Assembly (NCBI RefSeq): GCF_963921235.1
Contig: NC_086108.1
Coordinates: forward strand, 105,278,001 to 105,342,000
Source of the DNA: Mobula hypostoma
Lineage: Eukaryota
Reading direction: 5' to 3'
Length of the DNA stretch: 64,000 bases
Shown: positions 1 through 11,842 of the stretch, piece after piece
Layout of the letters: each line of letters starts with the position of its first letter
How positions within the stretch are numbered: the first letter of the stretch is position 1
The notes under the pieces: generated by a model
What the model was told of the DNA's origin: nothing
Seen by the model: the letters and a program-made list of their open reading frames with translations, nothing else
The model's database searches: none
Translations under genes and position numbers: made by a program

Positions 1-65
1 CTTGATGAATTCCTTTGGTTTGGAGTGACCTGTGTGGATGGCACATTTTCCACGGTATCTTAGTA

Positions 66-585
66 CATATAACCATATAACAATTACAGCACGGAAACAG
101 GCCATCTCGATCCTTCTAGTCCGTGTCGAACTCTTACTCTCACCTAGTCCCACTGACCTGCACTCAGCCCATAATCCTCCATTCCTTTCCTGTCCATATA
201 CCTATCCAATTTTTTTTTAAATGACAAAATCGAACCTGCCTCAACCACTTCTACTGGAAGCTCATTCCACACAGCTACCACTGAGTAAAGAAGTTCCACC
301 TCGTGTTACCCCTAAACTTTTGCCCCTTAACTCTCAACTCATGTCCTCTTGTTTGAATCTCTCCTACTCATAATGGAAAAAGCCTATCCACGTCAACCCT
401 ATCTAACCCCCTCATAATTTTAAACACTTCTATCAAGTCCCCCCTCAACCTTCTACGCTCCAAAGAATAAACACCTAACTTGTTCAACCTTTCTCTGTAA
501 CTTAGGAGATGAAACCCAGGTAACATTCTAGTAAATTTCCTCTATACTCTTTCTATTTTGTTGACATCGTTCCTATAATTCAGTG
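66..585 (-). mobile_element. CR1 LINE 3' fragment
   Basis: Reverse complement resembles the CR1 ORF2 C-terminus and 3' UTR of the intact copy at 17094-17773; short terminal repeat (catataac)x2. Confidence 0.75.
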
Positions 586-1246
586 ATTTGGTGTCGTATT
601 CACATATGACACATATTGTCATGTGTGATAATAACAAAAAATTTCCAATTACAAGCCACCAGAGGAAGTGGTAGAGGTGGGAGCAATTATGATCCTTACA
701 AAATATTTTGTTAGGTGTGTGGATGGGAAAGATTTAGACTGATAAGGGCCAAATATAGGCAGAGTGAACTAGTTTAAATAAACACATTGGTTGCAATCAA
801 ACCTGCATCTTCTACTTCTGTTGGCAGCGCGTTCCACACTCTCACTACCCTCTGAGTGAAGAAGATCTCCCTTTAGTTCTAATCTATCCAACCTCAATGG
901 AAAAAGCCTGCTATTGCTGTGGACAAAGGCCATCAAGGACGAGGGCTAGTTGCCCCACAGGTTGGAGGATCCCAGCATCGCAGTCCACTTAGAGGGCATG
1001 AGTGGGTGAGCCCGGAGTTCGAAAGCTTAGCGTTCAGGGTGCTATCATCAGCAAGTGCTGGGGTCGATTCTGAAGCCCAAAGGTCAAAGACCAGAGTTGG
1101 CACTTTTGAATGTCGAGGCCTAGTAGCTGAAGCCTGGGTCTGCGAGCCTGTGAGTCCACTGGGGAGGTCAGATGGCCAATATCTGTGAGTCTGCGAAACC
1201 ACTGGGGGATAGGGGCCCAGCGGCGGCTTATTCTGGGGTTGGAGGG

Positions 1247-1256
1247 GTGTGTGTGC

Positions 1257-1298
<42 letters not shown>
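1247..1298. repeat. (GT)n microsatellite
   Basis: Direct GT dinucleotide run. Confidence 0.95.
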
Positions 1299-1299
<1 letters not shown>

Positions 1300-1454
1300 G
1301 GGGGGGCAGGGGGAGAGAAAAAATCATTGTTAGATAATATGGGCATGTTATGTTGATGCTGGAGTGTGTAACGTCACTTGCAGGCTGGCCCAGTGCATCC
1401 TTAGATTGCATTGGTTGCTAACACAAAAATTGCATCTCACTGTATATTTCAAAG

Positions 1455-1765
1455 GACGTGGCCTCTTCTCCTTGCTACCATCAAGGAGGATGTACAAGAG
1501 CCTGAAGTCACACACTCAACGTTTCAGGAAAAGCTTCCTCCCCTCCGCCATCAGATTTCTGAATGGACAATGAATCCATGAACACTACTTCAGTATTTCT
1601 TTCCTCTATTTTTGCACTACCCATTTAATTAATTTTTTTATATATACTTCTTATTCTAATTTATAGCTTTTATTATTATATATTGGAATGTACTGTTGCT
1701 GCAAAACAGCAAATTTCACGACATATGCTGATGATATTAAACCTGTTTCTGATTCCAATCTGATA
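1455..1765 (+). mobile_element. Rex1/Babar-like LINE 3' end
   Basis: Translation LLPSRRMYKSLKSHTQRFRKSFLPSAIRFLN matches the C-terminal motif also seen in ORF 33351-34013; AT-rich 3' UTR follows. Confidence 0.7.
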
Positions 1766-2435
1766 AATAATTGAGTCGGAGTCTTTATGCCTCTCGTTCT
1801 GCTGCATCTCTTCAGCATGTTGGTTGGGTTGAGTCTACTGAAGTGTCAGGGAGTTGGGATGTTCCACACAGTGCAGTTAAGAAGCGGAGTGCGACCAGAA
1901 CTGTGTCAGATTTTCAACAATCTGCTGACGGTTCAGTCAATAGCAGGATTGGACTGTTTTTGTCATGAGCTGAGTGATGAAAGTAGACTTCCCAGTTAAG
2001 TGCTTGCTGAGACGGAATGAATGTATAATTCAAAAACAGGCACCATCTGTTACATCAGAACAAGATAGTCTTGCCTGACACTGAAAGATATTTATGCTAA
2101 ATTGTTGCTAAGGAAAGAATTTCTTTTCCCCATGGAATTCCAAGCCGTGGCAACCCACACCACTCTCAAGCTCATGGGTTTGAAACTCACTGCAAGAGTT
2201 CAGTTCTTGTCGCCACATTATAGGATGGATATGGAGGCTTTAGAGAGGGTGCTGAGGAGATTTTCCAGGATAATGCCTCGATTAGAGGGTATGAGCTATG
2301 AGGCGAGGTTGGAAAAACTTAATGCATTCTCTCTGGAGTATGAGACGATAGAAGTTTACAAAATTGTGACTAGGAGAGTCAGGATTTTTCTCCTAAGATA
2401 GAAGAGTATAAAACTAGAGGGCACAACTTTAAGGC

Positions 2436-2830
2436 TAGTGATGTTGTGGGGATGGTACTGGACTCTCTGACGGTGGTGTCTGAAAAGAAGACGCTGTCCA
2501 AATTGCATGCCAACTTGGACAATGTCTCCCATCCACTACATAATGGATTGGTTGGGCACAGGAGTACATTCAGCCAGAGACTCATTCCACCGAAATGCAA
2601 CACAGAGCATCATAGGAAGTCATTCCTGCCTGTGGCCATCAAACTTTACAACTCCTCCCTTGGCGGGTCAGACACCCTGAGCCAATAGGCTGGTCCTGGA
2701 GTTATTTCCTGGCATAATTTACATATTACTATTTAACTATTTATGGTTCTATTACTATTTATTATTTATGGTGCAACTGTAACGAAAACCAATTTCCCCC
2801 GGGATCAATGAAGTATGACTATGACTATGA
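2436..2830 (+). mobile_element. Rex1-like LINE 3' fragment (family also at 7551-7790 and 21330-21650)
   Basis: ORF fragment SHPLH...RKSFLPVAIKLYNSS; near-identical 3' UTR in three places; (tatgac)n tail. Confidence 0.75.
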
Positions 2831-3564
2831 AAGTGAATCTGTTGATTGTGGAATCAGTTCAGGGTTGAAGTGAGTGGAATTATCCATGTTGCTTCAGGAT
2901 CCTAATGGGTGAATGGTAATTACTGTTCCTGAACCAAGTAGTGTGGGACCTAATGCTCCTGTACCTCCTGCCCGACAATTCAAAGTTCAAAGTCAATTTA
3001 TCATCAAAGTGGATACCGAACCAGTTCACTGTTAAGGTGAGTGAAGTTATCTACTCCAGTTCAGGAGCCATATGGTTGTCGGGTAATAAATGTGTCTGAA
3101 TTAAGTGGTGTGGGACATAATGCTCTTGTATCTCCTACACAACTGTTCGTTCAAAGAAATACAATAGAATCAATGAAAAACTACACACAAAGACTGAGAA
3201 ACAACCAATGCGCAAAAGACGAACTGTGCAAGTACTAAATAAATAAATAAATAGATAGATAGATAGATAGATAAATATTACAGAAAACGGTGAGTTGTAT
3301 GGTCCTTGAAAGTGAGTCTATGGATTGTGTTCAGTGATCATTTCAGTGTTGAGGTGAGAGAAGTTATCCACCCTGGTTCAGGAGACTGATGGTCGAATGC
3401 TTGTAACTGATCCTGGTCACGTGGGACCTAAGGCTCCTGTACCTCCTTTCTGATGGCAGCAGCGAGAAGGCAGCATGGCCTGCATGTGTAGTACCCCTGA
3501 AAATGGGAGACAAACAAAACATAAACTTTGTAATGCACTGGTCACATTATGCCCCTCTCCAGGC

Positions 3565-4968
3565 ACTCTGTAGTTCTTGGTCCATTTCCCCGGGGGTGGT
3601 ATGGTGGAGATCTTGTCCATTTCCCTAGGGGAGGGACAGTATAGTTCTTGTCCATTTCCCCAGGGGAGGGACAGTATAGTTCTTGTCTATTTCCCTGAGG
3701 CTGGGTCAGTGTAGTTCTTGTCCATTTCCCTGGGGTGGTACAGTGTAGTACTTGTCCTTTTCCCTGGGGAGATGGTACAATGTAGTTCTTGTCCATTTCC
3801 CTGGGGACGGGGTGTGGTATGGTGTAGTTATTGTCCATTTTCCTGGGGTGTGGTACGGTGTAGTTATTGTCCATTTCCCTGGGGTTGGTACAGTGTAGTT
3901 CTTGTCTATTTCCCTGGAGGGGTGGTAGAGTCTAGCTCAGGGATGGCCAACCTTTTACATTCCATGTGTCAATTGTTTCACACACGAGTTCTATATTAAT
4001 TTTTACAAGAATTGTGGGGGTACAAGAGTTGCATGGCGCATCTGAACTCGTGCGTGAAAAAATTGACGCATGGAATGTAAAAGGTTGGCTACCCTGTTGC
4101 TCTTGCCCATTTCACAGGGGTTGGTACGCTGCAGTTCTTGTCCGTTTCCCTGGGGGGTTGTTACAGTGTAGTTCTTGTCCATTTCCCCTGAGGGATGGTA
4201 TGGTGTAGTTCTTGTCCATTTACCCGGTGCTGGTACGGTATATTTCTTGTCCATTTCCCGGGGGGGGGGGCAGGGCGGTGGTACGATGTAGTTCTTGTCC
4301 ATTTCCCTGGGGGTAATACAGTGTAGGTCTTGCCCTTTTTTCTGGGGGTGGTACAGTCTAGTTCTTGTCCATTTCCCTGGGGGTGATACAGTGTAGTTCT
4401 TGTCCATTTCCCTGGGGGGGGCTGGAGTGTATTTCTTGTCCATTTCCCTGCAGGGGGTGATTTAGTGTAGTTCTTGTCCATTTCCCTGGGGGCAGTACGG
4501 TATAGGTCTTGCCCTTTTTTCTGGGGGTGGTATGGTATAGTTCTTGGGGGTAGTACAGTGTAGTTCTTGTCCATTTCCCTGGGGGTGATATGGTGTAGTT
4601 CTTGTCCATTTCACAGGGGTGAGTAGGCAGTAGCTCTTGTCCATTTCCTTGGGGGGGGTGGGGGTACAGTATAGTTCTTGTCCATTTCCCTGGGAGTGGT
4701 ATGGTGTAGTTCTTGGAGGTAGTACAGCGTCGTTCTTGTCCATTTCCGGGGCGGGATGGGGGTGGGGGGTGAAATGGTGTTGTTCTTGTCTATTTACCTG
4801 GGGGTGATACAGTGTAGTTCTTTCCCATTTCCGTGGGGGTGGTACGGTGTAGTTCTCGTCTGTTTCACTGGTAGTAATACAGTGTAGATCTTGCCCATTT
4901 CCCTGGAGGTGGAACAGTGTAGTTCTTGTCCATTTCCCTGGGGGGGGCAGTGTACAGTGTAGTTCTTG
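3565..4968. repeat. 35-bp G-rich minisatellite derived from the Gypsy integrase
   Basis: Unit tagttcttgtccatttccctgggggtggtatggtg, roughly 30-35 degenerate copies; the minus strand reads RTTPYHPQGNGQ. Confidence 0.9.
3938..4096. mobile_element. hAT-like MITE inserted in the minisatellite
   Basis: ~54-bp imperfect TIRs: cagggatggccaaccttttacattccatg... / ...catggaatgtaaaaggttggctaccctg. CAGGG termini are hAT-like; no clean TSD. Confidence 0.8.
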
Positions 4969-7036
4969 TTCCAGCCTCGCTGCTATGTTTTCTCAGTTGC
5001 ATGAAGTGTTGGTTCTCAAGTTCAACCCTTTGGTCAGGGTGTATTTGTGATGTGAAGCCAAACCTCAGAGCAAAGCCATTGAAAAGGCTGTCAGCGACAG
5101 CTTTTCTTGTTTTCGAGGTTGTGGTGTATGCCTGTGCAAATGGTGTAAAATGGTTAAAAATCACCAGAATGTACTCATATCCACACTTGCACTTGTCTGG
5201 GTGAAGAAAGTCAACTGACCCAAGTTCAAATGGCCGCTTCGTTGCCATGCTCTTGAGTGGTGCCCTTGTTTCCCAATATTGGAAATTCCCTCTCTTACCA
5301 GAGCTGTTGTGCGATCAGTGCCTTGCTGCCCCATTTTATCACGTAGATCTTTCAGGACTGTACTCTTGAACTTCTCAGGTAGCCCTGGTGTGCTCACTGG
5401 GTCATTTTGCAATGAAGGATGCCATCCTCATCCAATACTAATTTATCCCACTCTCACTGAAAGCTGCTGGCTCGCTTGCTTATTGTCTGTATTTGTTGAG
5501 AGGTAGGCTTCGAACTTGAGCGTACAAGGTTGATTACTGTTTTGATGCCACCATCCTCTTCCTGTGCTTTCCAGATCTATCTCCTGGACAGTGGTGGAAC
5601 TGACGTGTTCACAAAGCTGACGTTTACTACATCTAATGGCACAGATACTGCCATGGACCAGGGTATGTCTGCACTTTGCTGTACTTCAATGGCCTGGACT
5701 GTGGTTCTCACTGAATTGGACAAAATTTCTTCTGTGCAGTCACTTGTATTTGTTTCCATGCTTATTGGCATTTGGGACAATGTTTTGGGACATTTTCTTT
5801 TCCTGGGCAATAACAGATAGTAGAAGTAGAAATTGGCCAGATCAGCATCTATCTCTGGTTGCATTCAACTGTGCTGAAGACAGAACATACATGAGGGTGT
5901 TGTTGTCACTGTAAACTGTGAACTTTGGGGCATAGTACAGGTAATCGCTAAATTTTTCAGTAATTGCCCACTTCAAGGCAAGAAATTCCAATTTCCCTCT
6001 GTGTAGGTGGTAGCTTTTTTTCTGCATTTTGCAATGAATGTTTGTGCAAAGCCTGGGAGACTGTACTAGGCAGTCAATCAGCTTCTCCAAAGTTTCTTGA
6101 TGTGTCTCTGTCCAAGTGTTCGATTGGTAAGAGGGCACAGAGTTCCTGTTTTTATTTGCCTTTCTAATGCTACCCCTACTGGGCTGCTTTTGGTCACTGT
6201 CATCTCTATTTTTAACAATTCATCGAGGGGGGTTGAGGTTTGAGAGAAATCTTTAATGTATTCCCAATAGTAACTTTTGACCCAGAATCTTTCGCAGTTC
6301 TCTCACTGTGCCTGGCCTCTTCTCTTTCAGCACTGTTACTGCCATGGTGTCTGCAGGATCCATCTGATATCCCTCTGCCAACACAATTGTCCCCAGGTAG
6401 CGAACCTCAGCCTTGAAGAACTTACACCTGCCGAGTTTAAGTTCCACTCAATGCTCCCGCATTTGCTGAAGCTCTCTTCTCACTGCATCAACATGCTCAA
6501 CGACGGTACTAGTGAACACAAGCATACACAGACTGTCTCTTAATCCCTCAAGGCACTCCTCCATGAAACGTCGGGAGGCTGCGGACACATTCATGAGTCC
6601 AAAGGGGATTTGAGCACAGGGGATCATGAAGGCTGTTAGTTGCCTGCTTCCCTTCATCATGAATACTCGATCGTATGCTCTCCCCTGGTCAAGTAACGAA
6701 AACCGAGCATTATCCCCTAAGCTGTCCATAATGTCTTGCACTCATGGAATGGGCTGGAGGTCAGGAATAGTTTTCTTATTCGGGTTCCTATAATCAATAG
6801 AGAGATGAAGGCTTCCATCTTTCTTTCTGACATGCACGATTGGCGAGGTGTAAGGCAAGTTAGATTTTTCGATCCACCTGCGGACGATTAAGTCATGTAA
6901 GTAATGCTTAATTTCGTTGTAGAGGAGTTTTGGAACTGAAATATAAGAGCAGGCAACCGCTTCATCATCTTTAAGAGAGATGCAAACCTCTGATACATCC
7001 AATGCGATTGCCTGATTTTGAAAAGGAGCAACATTC

Positions 7037-8633
7037 TGTCATGGAAAGACCACATTCTGGTTCACGGTCCAGTCCATCGATTCCTTATTCCGGGTTTTCC
7101 TGCTTTCCCTTGTTCCATTGGGTGCCTCAATTGAGGCACCTGATTCTTGTCTTGGTCTGGCACAGAAATACCTCTCACACCAAGGATTCCCTGCTGGACT
7201 GTTCCCTTCCCCTCTCCATCTGAATCCCTGGCAGTTACTTTGGCAGTTTATCTCAACAGTTACTTCAGCACTAACCTTCATCTGTAATCCTCGTCTGTTA
7301 CCTTCGCCTGCCACCTCACCTGCGTCCTCGCCTGTATCGCCGTCTAGTTCAACCGCCGGAGTGAGACCAGAGCCTTGCCATGCCAAGATAAGGAACTATC
7401 TATCGTTGAGTTTGGAACTGTCTCTTTGTATCCCTGTGTTTAGTGTCCGTGTCAAAGAAGAGTCCCGGCCTTCGGTCCTGTTCCCAAGGAGGGGTCCTGG
7501 CTCTGTGTTCCGTGTATGAGTCCCAGCCCTATGTCCTGTCCCCAAGGAGACATTCCACCGAGATGCAACACAGAGCATCATAGGAAGTCATTCCTGCCTG
7601 TGGCCATCAAACTTTACAACTCCTCCCTTGGAGGGTCAGACACCCTGAGCCACTAGGCTGGTCCTGGACTTATTTCCTGGCATAATTTACATATTACTAT
7701 TTAATTATTTATGGTTTTATTACTATTTAATTATTTATGGTGCAACTGTAACGAAAACCAATTTCCCCCAGGATCAATAAAGTATTACTAAGGCTATGAG
7801 TGGTCCTGGCTCTGTGTTCTGTGTTCCTGTGCTCAAGTCCAAGGCTCTGTGTTCCTGTGTTCCAAGACCAAGTCCAGGTTCCTTGTTCCAGCCCTGTCTA
7901 AGTCTGAGTTTCATGTCCTCGCCCAGCTCAGGAGTACCTCGCCCAGCCCGGTGCTGGAGATTTCTCATCCTGTGCTGGGTCGTCCCCATCCGAATCCTCG
8001 GCAGTTTACCTCAGCAGTCATCCCAGCCCTGCATCCTAGAAAGAGTCCCGGCTCCGTACCCAAGACCCTAACCAGGCTGAGTCCAAGAGCCGAGCCAATC
8101 CTAGTCCAAGAGCCACATCCTGCCCTGGAGTACCTCGTCCAGTCTACGTCCAAGGCTCTGAGGGTCCAGTCCATGTCCAAGGCTCTGTGTTCCTGTGTTC
8201 CAAGACCAAGTCCAGATGCCGTGTTCCAGCCTTGTCCAAATCTGAGCTTCCTGTCCTCATCTAGTTCTGGTGCCTCGCCCAGCCCAGTGCTGGGGATTCC
8301 TCACCCTGTGCTGGAGTACCTCGTCTTGTCCTGTAGCCACGTCCTGTCCTTGCTAAGATCTTAGTCCCGAGTCCTAGAACATGGGTTCCAGTTCCGAGTC
8401 AAGATCCAGGTTCCGAGTTCCTAGTCTAGGCTCCTTGTTCCTAGCTCCACGTCCAGATCCCATGTTTCTTGTCCAAGCCCTAGCCCAGGCCCTGAATCTT
8501 AGTCTCATCCAGGGCCTGTGTCAAAGTCCAGCATTGTTTCTTCCCTTGATTTCTTGTCAAACCTAGCCCTGTTCCTGGTACTACAGTGTCTGTGTCTTGC
8601 ATTGGGGTCTGTTACCAATGCCCCCTTGTAACA
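7037..8633. mobile_element. Solo-LTR-like insertion in the Gypsy pol
   Basis: Begins TGT and ends ACA; 5-bp TSD cattc/cactc. Removing it restores minus-strand MLREECCSFSK. Contains internal direct repeats and a nested Rex1-like fragment (7551-7790). Confidence 0.8.
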
Positions 8634-9312
8634 CACTCCTCTCGTAGCATCTGCTTCACAATCTGCTGCTGTTGTATATTTAGTTGTCTCACATCAACTG
8701 GGGGACCCCACAAAGCAGAGTCAAGTTCACCCTGATCATCCTCTTTTTGGTGTTGAGTGGCTGGGTCAAATACGACACCTTCCTGCGCAGTGATAGGGAA
8801 CACGGACTTAACTGCTTGCAACATCCCGAGCACTGTCTACTCATCAAGCACATTATCATGGTCTGTTCTGTTGTGCACATCAATAACAATGTATGGACAT
8901 GCACCCCTCTGGAGTGTTATGTGTTACCCACAGTTCATGGCCTTCTGCCCACTGTGGGTTCATTTCTGTTTCAAAGAGCATTATTTTCTCTTCTCTCACA
9001 AACGGACACTGTACATTGAACTTGCACTGTTGTATGTTCTGGTATGTAACTCTTCTTTGCTGCCTTTACTTGATGCTCACAGGGATTCTCAATGCTAATC
9101 AGATTGATGAACACCTTGATTTTGCTTCTCTTCAGGCTGCGGAATGCTGCTTTTACTGTTTCAGACAAAGGTTCTCCCTTCCTGTCGTTAACTCTCTTTT
9201 TGTCATTATAATCTGTTCAATCACATTGAATCCAACAATGGAATGAGACAGAGGTCTTCCTTTCAGAACCAGAACTAGTGTGATCAATCCTTGCGTACGG
9301 TGTAATCAATCC

Positions 9313-9880
9313 AAGAGGCGATGTTGCAGCTATATAGGACCCTGGTCAGACCCCACTTGGGGTACTGTGCTCAGTTCTGGTCGCCTCACTACAGGAAGGA
9401 CGTGGGAACCATAGAAAGGGTGCAGAGGAGATTTACAAGGATGTTGTCTGGACTGGGGAGCATGCCTTATGAGAATAGGTTGAGTGAACTTGGCCTTTTC
9501 TCCTTGGAGTGTTAGAGAATGAGAGGTGACCTGATAGAGGTGTATAAGATGATGAGAGACATTGATCGTGTGGATAGTCAGAGGCTTTTCCCCAGGGCTG
9601 AAATGGCTAACATGAAAGGGCATAGTTTTAAGGTGCTTAGAAGTAGGTACAGAGGAGATGTCAGGAGTAAGATTTTTACGCAGAGAGTGGTGAGTGTGTG
9701 GAATGGGCTGCTGGTGATGGTGGTGGAGGTGGATACGATAACGTCTTTTAAGAAACTCCTGGATAGGTACATGGAGCTTAGAAAAATAGAGGGCTATGGG
9801 TAACCCTAGGTAATTTATAAAGTAAGTACTTTTTTGGCACAGCCTTGTGGGCCGAAAGGCCTATATTGTGCTGTAGGTTT
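9313..9880 (+). mobile_element. CR1 LINE 3' fragment inserted in the Gypsy element
   Basis: LYRTLVRPHLGYCAQFWSPHY and MRGDLIEVYK are CR1 ORF2 C-terminal motifs. Confidence 0.9.
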
Positions 9881-11442
9881 TGCATCAGGCAAAGCTAATT
9901 TGAAGGTGATCTCAACGCATTGTACTCATGACAAGTTTGCACCACTGGCTGCCACCAGCTGTAATGCCTCAGGTGTCCCTACTGCCTCCGAGACATCTCT
10001 GTCCACGCCAGGCAAGTGTCTAGCTTTCCACTGCTTGTTGATGATGCACACCAGTGACCCTGTGTCCCATATCGCTTCACCTCGATGTCCTCGTAAGTAA
10101 CATTCCGCAAGGCACGGTCTGCCCACCAGTGGAGTTACAGACGAATGCCGATTGACTTGACACCCAGCAACTAAAACACTGGTGGGTGGCTGTCTTATTC
10201 CTTGTGCTTTACAACCACTAAGCCAGTGCTCGCTGCTGCCACATTGTAACAGTAGGTGCAAAGCCCCTCACACCTTCTTTGCTGATAGTGGGAACACTGT
10301 CTAGTTTGTGGCAAATGAAGCTGCCGAGGCAGGCCAGGATATGGATATATTGGGACTGGATACTGCTGTGCATCTCTGTGCTGCTGTGGTAAAAAGGAAT
10401 AATGTAGAACTACTTGGCATGGCTGCAGAGCATCAGACAGCAATGCATATGATACTACTGCGTACTGCTGGTAACTCTGTACCAGGTGTTGCAGCTGAGA
10501 AGGAGTTGCCCTCACCTCCTGTTTTCAATCTGAAACTGTAAAGCATTTCTGACACTCAGGTATGAGCTGTCGTAGCTGCTCTTGACCTGCGCAATGTCTT
10601 CACTCAGTGTTTTCAACGGTGACACAAGGTCAGTATGAGACCTTTCCATCTGACATTTATACTCAACAGGATGGTACTCTAACTGTGCAGTGAACAGTGG
10701 CAGTTCTGGCTGACCCAGCTGACTTCCGTTTATTCTTCTCTCCATTTCATTTGCACATGCAACGTTTGGCTTCTGTAATAGCACCTCATCTGAGGTTTTG
10801 GGATCTAAAAGGTATGGCTGGAAGTCATTTTGAATACATTCACTTTGTTATCTGATGAGTACAGTATGATAAATCATACTCTGCACGAAGACTGGGTCAT
10901 ACTTCAGACCAGGCTCCACTTCCTGTGAGGCAAACAGTATTTTCTGCTTCAGGTCAAGAACACGTTCTAAGAAACTTTGTGGCATCTCAGTACTGCGTTG
11001 GGCTTCCGCTCTCAGCTGCTGATACAGTTCGGTGATCCCTTTTTGCTGATAATGGGAGCGAAGGATCCGTCTAAGGGTAAGTAAGTTCGAGACCAAGTCT
11101 GATTTACCCTCAAGATAACTGCACAACTGGAGCCCAAAAGCATAATCGCTCTGATCACTGCATCAATTACCTCCTCCTCTAGATAGCTTCTGTTTCGGGC
11201 GCTTTCTGTCTGGCAAACAAGGCTAGAAAAAGACAACTTGTCTTTCTGACCAGGCTCACCAACCTGACCAGATATTTTAAAGTCCTTGTACCACACTGTT
11301 GGGACAATTTCCCTCTGAACTAAACCCTGTGGATCACTTGAGTTCATCCTGTTAGGAGCTGACCTTCGCATTGAACTGTGGGTTAGTATAATTTCCCTGT
11401 TTCCTTCCTCCATTACATCAGTCACACGAGGTTGTAGCAATC

Positions 11443-11842
11443 TCCCTCTCTTCTCTTCGGTTATCCATCGAAATCCAATGACAATGTCCACTCCTTTAAC
11501 GGTGAGATCTTTGATGATTATACAGTCCTATCCTGGTTCCACAAGCTCTATTGCAGGTGGGACATGTATATGTGGTAGTGGTGGCAACCTTGGCTGCATT
11601 TCTCCTGGCTCTCTTCTGCTGTCTTCTGGTTGTTCTTTCCATCTCCAGAATACGAACCCCGTCCCTACACAGCTGACGCCAAGTGGTACGGTCAGCAGCA
11701 ACCTCCTCCAGGTCCTCGGGTCTGATCTTGCACTTCCTTAAAGCATTCTTCATCTGATCCTTATAGCGCTTCTTCCGCCTTCCAGCTGAGCATCGACCAT
11801 GATGTAGCTGGCCGTATAACACTCTGCGGGGAATAACACTTT
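11443..11842 (-). mobile_element. RTE (BovB-like) LINE 3' fragment inserted in the Gypsy gag
   Basis: PRRVLYGQLHHG...KKRYKDQMK...AADRTTWR...CPTCNRAC..RIGLYNHQRSH is an RTE C-terminus with C2H2 motif; flanked by a 75-bp direct repeat. Confidence 0.85.

Noticed and set aside
933..1411. His/Thr-rich ORFs
   Set aside because: Translation of the (CA)n microsatellite.
3565..4968. CRISPR-like array or repetitive protein ORFs (MDKNYT...)
   Set aside because: Units are head-to-tail with no unique spacers, there are no cas genes, and the context is eukaryotic. The ORFs are by-products of a 35-bp repeat.
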